The notes beneath the pieces are model-generated. The model was not told where the DNA came from, made no database searches, and saw only the letters and a program-made list of their open reading frames with translations. Below are positions 33,623 through 40,463 of a DNA stretch of 40,463 bases, one piece after another. The position numbers and the translations under genes were made by a program. The stretch comes from a virus (lineage: Duplodnaviria > Caudoviricetes). Every line of letters begins with the position of its first letter. Within the stretch, counting starts at the first letter, position 1. The stretch is taken from positions 1 through 40,463 of IMG/VR virus record IMGVR_UViG_3300020045_007692; one strand, written 5' to 3'.

Positions 33623-34690
33623 TTATCCGCGAGCTTTCATAGCTGCTAGGGTTTCTTGCATGGTGTCGTCAATCGAGCCGACTGGAACCGTTCCGTTCCT
33701 GGACTGCGGGGTGACTGACACATCGGCTGCCGTGGACTTCCGGACCTTGTCTGCGCGGGTCTGCTCCAGGGAACTCACGCTGGAGCGAGCTTCGGCTGTC
33801 AGCCGATCTATCTCCTTTTGACGAGTTACCGGGTTGGCGTAGACTGCCTTGTCGTAAGCAGTTTGGAGAGAATCTCCGGCTTTGATGAAGAGGGTGATGT
33901 CGTCAGCCACTTCATCGAAATAGGGGTGATCCGCAGCGAAGGTCTGGACCTCGTTTGCGGTCTGAGCGAAAAGCGCATCCTTGCGGGAAGTGTCTTCAGC
34001 GGTGAGACGCCCTTTGATCTGCGCGAGTTCGTTGCGGAGTTCCTGGACTTCAGGCGCGACGGGTTCGGGCATCGCCGGGCCGGTAGAGAGCACATCCGCC
34101 AGCATGTTCAAATCAACGCCATACGCACGAATGAGGTTCGCGGTGAGCTGGGCTTTCTGCGCGGGCTGCCCCATCGTCAGCATGTAGTGATTCCCAGAGA
34201 AGTTCCGGAAAAGCTCCACCGGATCAACATTCTCTGCAGCAAGCACCGCGCGGTAGGGTTCGACTACTGAATCATACCGCTTCGCCGATTCATACCCTTC
34301 TTTGTATTGCGCCAAGCCGCTGTGCATATCTGCTTCGCGCTTGAGGATTTCCTGCTGGACCCTCGGAGGAACCGTAGCCCATTCGGCAATGGCCTCCTTC
34401 GTCCAGGTTTCCGGTGCGCCGACTGCTTGCACTTCTGGCGCGTTATCTACAGCCGGGGGAGCCGCCGCGTCAGGAGAGGCTTCGAGAGGAGGAGAGGACG
34501 CTCCCTCAGCTTCTTTCGCAGGCTGGCTTTCTTCCCCCGACTCGCTCAGAGGTTCATCTACCGCGCCCTTATCGGAATCTTCGCCTTCCCCCACCTGCCG
34601 AAAAAGGTCGGCGGAGATATCTTCCAATGCGGCTTTGGTGTCGAAATCCTCTGAGGATTCGGAAATAGGTGTTTCGTTGTCTTTAGGCAT
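33623..34690 (-). CDS. Scaffolding protein
   Basis: Acidic low-complexity N-terminus, APETW, AYDKAVYANP; between portal and capsid. Confidence 0.78.
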   Translation of the reverse strand: MPKDNETPISESSEDFDTKAALEDISADLFRQVGEGEDSDKGAVDEPLSESGEESQPAKEAEGASSPPLEASPDAAAPPAVDNAPEVQAVGAPETWTKEAIAEWATVPPRVQQEILKREADMHSGLAQYKEGYESAKRYDSVVEPYRAVLAAENVDPVELFRNFSGNHYMLTMGQPAQKAQLTANLIRAYGVDLNMLADVLSTGPAMPEPVAPEVQELRNELAQIKGRLTAEDTSRKDALFAQTANEVQTFAADHPYFDEVADDITLFIKAGDSLQTAYDKAVYANPVTRQKEIDRLTAEARSSVSSLEQTRADKVRKSTAADVSVTPQSRNGTVPVGSIDDTMQETLAAMKARG

Positions 34691-34696
34691 GGCAGG

Positions 34697-35107
34697 TTAA
34701 CCTCTTTCTACAGCTAGATCAAGCTTGCCGTTTACAAGCTCATTGTGCAGTGTCTCTTTCTTGGAAGAGTCCCAGGAGTCAATCTCCCGCTCTACCGTCT
34801 CGTCGATGGACTTGTCAAAAGCCGCTTCGCTCTCCGCGCGCCGCTTGACCGCTAAATCCGTCTCTCCGGCTTCCAGCACCCGGCTACCCGTCCGCGCAAG
34901 GTTCTCCCGATGCTGGGCCTTAGACCCAATCCACCGATCCGTAACGGGGCATGTATAGCCTGTGTGATCCACCATGAACATAGGCTTAGAAATCATCCTA
35001 AAAGCCCGCGCGCCGCAAGTGCAAATTATAGGCTCTGAGAAATCAGCAAGCGGAATGTGCCTTTCCTCCTGATGCCCTTCCCCGCACTTTATATCATACA
35101 GCGGCAT
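34697..35107 (-). CDS. FmdB-like zinc-ribbon protein
   Basis: MPLYDIKCGEGH...CTCG; start reset to ATG 35107 after GAAGGGGG. Confidence 0.8.
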   Translation of the reverse strand: MPLYDIKCGEGHQEERHIPLADFSEPIICTCGARAFRMISKPMFMVDHTGYTCPVTDRWIGSKAQHRENLARTGSRVLEAGETDLAVKRRAESEAAFDKSIDETVEREIDSWDSSKKETLHNELVNGKLDLAVERG

Positions 35108-35122
35108 ACAAACCCCCTTCAA

Positions 35123-35188
35123 GGAGGAAAGACAGGGATTCGAACCAGAGGCGCGGCGACCTTCGGCCACTGGACTCAAGCATCTTCC
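35123..35188 (-). pseudogene. Degenerate tRNA-like element (Ser/Leu-like 3' end, no anticodon arm)
   Basis: Minus strand ...AGTGGCCGAAGG...GGTTCGAATCCCTGTCTTTCCTCC. Confidence 0.5.
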
Positions 35189-37278
35189 GTCTCCCGCTTC
35201 TCTTCCGCAACTTCCATCCCTTGCGTGTGCTTCATCTGATCCACCAGGGCTTTACCCCGCAGCCCTTCCATCTTCAGCCGATGCTGTTCTGCGGCCTGAG
35301 CAGCCTTGGCCTCAATCCCTTGCAGCTGCAAAGTAAACTCCGCTTTCTTGATCTGCGCTTGGAGCATCATCAGCTCCCTATCTTGCTCGAAGTTGGCTTT
35401 GTCCATCTGCATCTGCATTTGCATCTTCTGGACAGTCGCCTGCGCAGTTGCCTTATCTGCTTCGGCCTTGGCCTCTTGCGTAGGATCTGGACCCGGTGCC
35501 GGTGGCTGCGCCATGGAGTTAATGCTGTCCTCCAACTGACTCCCGAAGTTATACCTCCGCGAGATAACCAGCAGCATATCCTTCGCGACAGAAAAGGGCA
35601 TCATGCCGCCTTCGACCAGCGGGGCAAGCCCGTTCATGAACTGGCTCAGGGCATTTAACAGCTCCGAGATATCCTGCTTGTCCTGACTCGCTTCCGCGTC
35701 AATCGTGCTGTTTGTCTCAATATCCACCTTATAGTGCAGGGTCAATTGATTCCGGAGAAGGTTCTGAATATCCTCCCAGCTCGGAGCGGCGAGAGCCTGT
35801 TCCAGCTCTGCGGGCAGTGGCGGCGGAGGCGGTGGGGCTGGTTGCCCCGTCATCTGCGCTTGCTGGGTTGCCTGCTGCGCCATTGCCTTCATCTGCTGGA
35901 CTTGAAGCTGAATCCCCTGCTTCTTCTCCATCGTCATATACGGCGCGCCAGTCATTTGCGCAAGCGTCTGAATGTCGAACTTCCCGGCTGCGATCTCCAG
36001 CTCAATCTCCAGAGAGTCCTTGCAATAGCGCTGGACTTCCCGCTGCATTCTCTTCAGCCGCAGCGTTCCCCACTGCGCTTTGATGTTCTGCGCAGTGGCC
36101 GTTTCGCTCGCGGCACTGCTTCCACGGATAATATCCGAAATGCCAGTAATCTCATAAATCACCGACTTCACCTGTTCCCGCTGGACATACAGACTCTGCG
36201 CGGTAGCGGCCAGCTCCTGCACTGGAACAATCCACAGCATTCGATCAATCCCCATACCATCTGGCATGGACTGGAGATTCTCCAGAGGGACTAGCTCCTC
36301 ATCTCCTGCCGCGAGCATCTTGTCAATGCCCTCAATCGCGCCGTTATACGCCCCGCGATACTTAATCGCCTTGATGATATTCTTCAGTCGACGCGTAATC
36401 TCGTTCAATTCCGCCGCCTGCTGCCGATACTGCTCGTAAAGCGGAGTCGGGACCAGAGTTGTGATCTTCCGCATGAAGTTCAGCGGCTTCGGGATTGGGA
36501 AGAACCCACTCAGGCCTAGAGGATCATCCACCATCCGCAGCACACACTTCGGCGCGACCTTACTGAAGAACATGACCTTGTGCGTGATCTTATTCCAGAT
36601 CTCGTAAACCTTGAAGAGCTTTACCCCGGTCAACTGCTCCCGGCTCTCGGCCTTTTCGTCTTCGCTGTCAACCGTCCCGCCGGATTTGATCCGCCCTTCG
36701 TCCAGCTGCGCGTCGGGGAAGTTCTTCCGAAGCTCTGCCTCCGTCATGTCCCATTCGAAGCAGACCCAGGGGACTTTCTTCCAAGTCCGCGCATAGCCGT
36801 GGAGGAACTTATCCCAGCGGACGGCTTCTCCGTAAACGCACTCACCATTTTCATGCGGGACATACTTATACCGAGTCAGCCCGCGATTCGTAATCAGCGC
36901 GTCCAGCACCGCTGCCTGCATGTTTTCCCCGAAGGAGTCGTAATCCTGACTCTTCGCCTCGATGAGGTATTTCAGAGTTCTCGTGCTGACCTCAGCCACT
37001 GCCTTGCCGAGAGGGTCAGGGTCTTTAAACCTCCGACTGACAATCGGGATGGGGTCAGTGTTGTAGACACTCGGCGCGAGGACTTCCGTATTGCTGTAAA
37101 GAATCGCGAAAGGCGTCTCATCGGGCTTTTTCGCTTCGTAAAGGTCCACGCACCTCTGCGCGGTCTCCCGGAATTTCTTCTCCCGCTTCAGCGCATCGTC
37201 AATCTCCCCCAGCCACTTCTTGGCCAAGGCTTCTTGCTTCGCAGGCTCCATCATCGCTTGAGGGGCTTCACCAGGCAC
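35176..37278 (-). CDS. Portal protein
   Basis: 700 aa after TerL; IYEITGISDIIRG..ETATAQ; Q-rich C-terminal barrel. Confidence 0.9.
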   Translation of the reverse strand: MPGEAPQAMMEPAKQEALAKKWLGEIDDALKREKKFRETAQRCVDLYEAKKPDETPFAILYSNTEVLAPSVYNTDPIPIVSRRFKDPDPLGKAVAEVSTRTLKYLIEAKSQDYDSFGENMQAAVLDALITNRGLTRYKYVPHENGECVYGEAVRWDKFLHGYARTWKKVPWVCFEWDMTEAELRKNFPDAQLDEGRIKSGGTVDSEDEKAESREQLTGVKLFKVYEIWNKITHKVMFFSKVAPKCVLRMVDDPLGLSGFFPIPKPLNFMRKITTLVPTPLYEQYRQQAAELNEITRRLKNIIKAIKYRGAYNGAIEGIDKMLAAGDEELVPLENLQSMPDGMGIDRMLWIVPVQELAATAQSLYVQREQVKSVIYEITGISDIIRGSSAASETATAQNIKAQWGTLRLKRMQREVQRYCKDSLEIELEIAAGKFDIQTLAQMTGAPYMTMEKKQGIQLQVQQMKAMAQQATQQAQMTGQPAPPPPPPLPAELEQALAAPSWEDIQNLLRNQLTLHYKVDIETNSTIDAEASQDKQDISELLNALSQFMNGLAPLVEGGMMPFSVAKDMLLVISRRYNFGSQLEDSINSMAQPPAPGPDPTQEAKAEADKATAQATVQKMQMQMQMDKANFEQDRELMMLQAQIKKAEFTLQLQGIEAKAAQAAEQHRLKMEGLRGKALVDQMKHTQGMEVAEEKRETEDA

Positions 37279-38734
37279 TGTCTAATTCCTTCTGCTTTCT
37301 AAGCTGGCTCCCGCGAGCAACTAACTGGTCGAATGTCATTTGGCTTGGGAGTCTCGGCAGAATCGGCCCGGTGTCTGGCATTGTCAACTTCGGGGTCCAA
37401 GGTCTGGACATACATCCATATCGCATCTCATCCGCGACATGATCCTCCCCGTCAGTGTCTAGATCTTCGGCGTTGGTGTCGTCGTATTGGAGGACGGGGA
37501 TGGTTCTCCAGGTATCTTCGCAGCCCTCAGCGATGTAAAGCATGGGGATTCCGTTTTCGCCTTGAAGTCGCTGGTGCATTTGCTCCCATCCGGGCTGTCG
37601 TTTGTTATCCGCGCGCCGCCATCTACACCTTGCCATACTCTCCGCAATGGAAGGACCGCCATTCCGTATGAAGATGGCCGGATCAGCCACCGCGTAGCGT
37701 ATTCTTTCGCCATCTTCAATCTCCAATATCTGCCGGGAGACATTATCCGCAGTCATGTAGAGGCCTTTGTTAGGCCCCGCAGCTCCATACCATTCTCGAT
37801 AGCGGAAAAGTGCTCCGAAGGGCAGGGGATTTCCTCTCGGCCAAGTCCCGTCCGCAATTGCCCACCAACCGACCGAGAAAGGTCGCGCGCTACCCCAGTC
37901 GAAAGATCTGAACCGGATTGTCTGCGGAGGGGCTTCTTTGATAATCCCATCAGGCCGTCCGTGGAGCGCTTCATCCAATTCACTGAAGAACGCACCGTCA
38001 ACAATATCCCAATTCCCCTCCAGCCAAGCCTTGACCAACGCCTCCGACCCCGATTGCCGCAGCCTCAAGACGTAAGTAGGATCATTCCGAAGCAGCAACA
38101 TATTATCCCCAAGCTTACTAGGGATGAAAGTTCTCTCCAGTTCAACATGCTGCACGACTCCATCAATTTCCACATCGCAACTCTCTGCAATGAGCTTATA
38201 CCCCTTCGGATCTGGGTCGATATACCTAGCCTTCACCCAGTTATGCCCAGGGCCGCCAGGATTGCCAGTAAGCCGCATCCCAACAGGCACGCCAGAACCA
38301 CTTCTGAGCGTTGCTCGTAGCTTGTCGATCGGCCCAGAGGTAGGGAAATTCGTGACTTCTTCAACATAGACTCTGGTGTAGTTGTGCCCTTGGTATTCCT
38401 CCGCATCGGAGTCCCTTTCAAGATAAACGAATTTCAGTCTCGCTCCGTTGGCCATGCGCCATTCTGCCCGCTGCTCATTATACTTCCCCCCGAGCTTCGG
38501 GAAGAGTTGCTTAGTCCTGGCAATGACCTCAGCGAGCTGCTTGAATTTTCTCCGAACAAAAATTCCGATAGCGTCTTCACCATATAGTGATGAGTGCTGG
38601 AGCCAGTCGCCAATCGACGATTCCGTTTTCCCGCCACCTCGTGCACCTCCGTAGAAGACTTCGAACACTGGACAGGCGAGAAGGGCTGTCTGCGGCCCTT
38701 CCTGTGGTGCCCAGCTGATATTCGCTTCCGTCAC
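37268..38734 (-). CDS. terL: Terminase large subunit
   Basis: GGARGGGKT, VYVEE, TGNPGGPGH, FDWG, DHVADEMRY. Confidence 0.93.
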   Translation of the reverse strand: MTEANISWAPQEGPQTALLACPVFEVFYGGARGGGKTESSIGDWLQHSSLYGEDAIGIFVRRKFKQLAEVIARTKQLFPKLGGKYNEQRAEWRMANGARLKFVYLERDSDAEEYQGHNYTRVYVEEVTNFPTSGPIDKLRATLRSGSGVPVGMRLTGNPGGPGHNWVKARYIDPDPKGYKLIAESCDVEIDGVVQHVELERTFIPSKLGDNMLLLRNDPTYVLRLRQSGSEALVKAWLEGNWDIVDGAFFSELDEALHGRPDGIIKEAPPQTIRFRSFDWGSARPFSVGWWAIADGTWPRGNPLPFGALFRYREWYGAAGPNKGLYMTADNVSRQILEIEDGERIRYAVADPAIFIRNGGPSIAESMARCRWRRADNKRQPGWEQMHQRLQGENGIPMLYIAEGCEDTWRTIPVLQYDDTNAEDLDTDGEDHVADEMRYGCMSRPWTPKLTMPDTGPILPRLPSQMTFDQLVARGSQLRKQKELDSAW

Positions 38735-38754
38735 GGCTCAATGGCCACTTGCTG
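38731..38754 (-). repeat. 24-bp near-perfect direct repeat (QQVAIEP-stop), copy of 39333..39356
   Basis: TCACGGCTCAAT[G/C]GCCACTTGCTG, one mismatch. Confidence 0.85.
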
Positions 38755-38868
38755 GGGTTGTCCGGTGAAACTGCTTTTCAGGCCGCTCGAAACGGTCAAG
38801 CATGGCCATCTGGCCAGCCCTAAGCATTTCATGTGTGACCGTGTGTTCTGGCATCATCGACGCCCCTG

Positions 38869-39336
38869 TCATTTCGCTAACTGTGCAATGTTCCAGACCA
38901 CCGGCAGCCCCGCGAAACCGACTGATATGAGCATGCCCTTCTTCGCCTTGGCCGGATCACGCTCAATCGTCCGCCGGGTCAGCAGGTATTGCACCACCGA
39001 CAGTCCGCCACGGATCGCCGCAATGCGCCCGCAAGTGGCGTTCTTGCCGTATATCGGATTGGCCTCGCGGCCACCTTTGGCGAGGATCACGCAAGTCAGC
39101 GCCACGTCCGTTGCCGCCAGCCCCTGCGCAATCCAGAAGCGCGTCCATGCCGTGCCGGTATCGCGCTTGATCCGCAACTCAGCATCTTCCATTGTTTCGC
39201 CTGGCAACAGTTCAAACGACTGCCGTTCGGTCACACTGCGCGGGGCCTCTGTGACGGGCGCTGGCGGGCCATAGGTTGCCGCATAGGCCGGTTGGCAACC
39301 TGACAACAGGACGATGGCGAGTAGGGGCCTGATCAC
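38869..39336 (-). CDS. Lipoprotein/membrane protein (moron-like)
   Basis: Lipobox LLSGC; D..T....GGREANP motif with hydrophobic helices. Confidence 0.7.
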   Translation of the reverse strand: MIRPLLAIVLLSGCQPAYAATYGPPAPVTEAPRSVTERQSFELLPGETMEDAELRIKRDTGTAWTRFWIAQGLAATDVALTCVILAKGGREANPIYGKNATCGRIAAIRGGLSVVQYLLTRRTIERDPAKAKKGMLISVGFAGLPVVWNIAQLAK

Positions 39337-39941
39337 GGCTCAATCGCCACTTGCTGCGCTGCGCCGGTTGCAAACTTCGCCATCAAACGTGTCTTCCCCG
39401 CCCCGTTGTCTTCGGCATAAATGTAGCAACCGTTGGCAGCAGGAGCGGCGGGAGCGGTCTGCTCGATCATCGACAACGCGCCGCCGCCAGTCGATGCGTC
39501 CCTCACACCGAGGATACCCGCCGCGATGCGGGTGATAGACACGTCGCCCGTGCCAGAGGCATCGCTGGAGAGAATGAGCGGAATGCCGTTTGCGAAAACA
39601 TTCCGGCTATTCCCGAGATAGAGGTTGACCTGCCCATCCGCCCGCAGCGCCATCCTGCCACCCGCGCTATAGAAGGCCACCCCTGCGTTTGCGCTGCTGG
39701 TGTTGCCGAGCGATACCGTGTTTGCGTCAATAGCCGTGGCAAGGACCGCGCCTGCGTCATTTACCGTCGCGCCGCTGTCTTGGAGCAGTTTCCCGGTCGT
39801 CGCGTCATAGCGGGCGATGGCGTTGTCCGTGGAAACAACCGGCCCAACTACCGTTCCAGAGCCGGGAATACCGGCCAACCCGAGTTTGCGTCGGGCAATC
39901 GGAGCGTTATAGACAACAAGACTGTCACCATCAATCGTCAT
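39333..39941 (-). CDS. Fibre/appendage-like virion protein
   Basis: STDNAIARYDATTGKLLQDS; C-terminal YAEDNGAGKTRLMAKF; homologous to 1..531. Confidence 0.72.
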   Translation of the reverse strand: MTIDGDSLVVYNAPIARRKLGLAGIPGSGTVVGPVVSTDNAIARYDATTGKLLQDSGATVNDAGAVLATAIDANTVSLGNTSSANAGVAFYSAGGRMALRADGQVNLYLGNSRNVFANGIPLILSSDASGTGDVSITRIAAGILGVRDASTGGGALSMIEQTAPAAPAANGCYIYAEDNGAGKTRLMAKFATGAAQQVAIEP

Positions 39942-40462
39942 GGTTCAATGGATAGCGGCCCCGCGGTGCATTGCATAGACCCAAACGGGGTCTTGAGCCA
40001 CGGGGTCGCATAAACGATAAGGCCACGGATGCGGCACCAGCCACTAATCTCCACCTTCACCTGGAACTGAAAGCCAATGTTACTCGGCCTCGCGTTGATG
40101 CCAATGCACGGCGCCAATGGCGGCACTGGAAACTGAATCGGCACTTTGCCGCTCTCACGGTAAGTCTCCAATGGGTAGCACACCGGGTTGTTCAGGTCCT
40201 CGCAGGAGCTTCGCGCCGTGCAGATTTGCTGATGATGCCACAACTGCCAGCAGGGGTCGGCGTCGGGTCTGTAATACACCTTGATGTCCACCGTGCCGAA
40301 TAGCTTGTCCACCCAAAGCTCGCCGCCGTCCAGCTTCTTCATGTCGAACTCCCTGCCCCAAGTGTAAGCCGGGAACTCCACATACCACTGAACCCGAGTG
40401 TCCACATTGTCCACGCGCTGATCCCGCGTGATCTCCCAAAGCTGGATGGAATCGTCCTCGCG
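39938..40462 (-). CDS. C-terminal part of a Cys-rich tail stabilisation-like protein (5'-truncated)
   Basis: Frame open to window end (REDDSIQLWEIT...); FQFQVKVEISGWCRIRGL resembles nozzle-protein C-termini. Confidence 0.5.
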   Translation of the reverse strand, partial: REDDSIQLWEITRDQRVDNVDTRVQWYVEFPAYTWGREFDMKKLDGGELWVDKLFGTVDIKVYYRPDADPCWQLWHHQQICTARSSCEDLNNPVCYPLETYRESGKVPIQFPVPPLAPCIGINARPSNIGFQFQVKVEISGWCRIRGLIVYATPWLKTPFGSMQCTAGPLSIEP

Positions 40463-40463
40463 G

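Noticed and set aside
35123-35146. Functional attP of an integrating prophage
   Set aside because: No integrase or recombinase ORF and no host flanks recognised
37487-38320. Long antisense ORFs (also 16395..17207, 13208..13927, 32765..33433)
   Set aside because: Shadow frames opposite well-supported genes in GC-rich DNA

Overview
This window is a near-complete, circularly permuted ~39.6-kb podovirus-like phage genome. The host is probably an Alphaproteobacterium (inferred from promoter style and small early genes). No integrase, repressor cassette, RNA polymerase or primase is recognisable. The + strand (4.2-21 kb) carries a mosaic of small early genes and then a replication/recombination module: Dda/RecD-like helicase, HNH endonuclease, Fe-S PD-(D/E)XK exonuclease, Sak4-like ATPase, SSB, MazG, ParB-methyltransferase fusion, UDG-like/3'-5'exo/PolA polymerase with atypical active-site motifs, and a DUF3987/YfjI-like helicase. 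The - strand (39.9 kb down to 21 kb, continuing from 1.3 kb to base 1) carries TerS, TerL, portal, scaffold, capsid, tail, ejection proteins, tail fibre and lysis genes. The two ends are divergent homologues of one fibre-like gene, so the last ~0.9-1.7 kb may come from another phage. Highlights: (1) a primase-less replisome with a degenerate-UDG, His762-type PolA; (2) a kink-turn structured RNA whose loop is complementary to a GATTAGGA leader shared by five early genes; (3) an HNH gene that supplies a recoded helicase C-terminus; (4) TTTTG-N6-CAAAA palindromes and a 17-bp repeat near the two ends of the late arm; (5) a shared C-terminal peptide in three early proteins; (6) a tRNA remnant after the portal gene. 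All product calls come from motif reading and synteny, not database searches.
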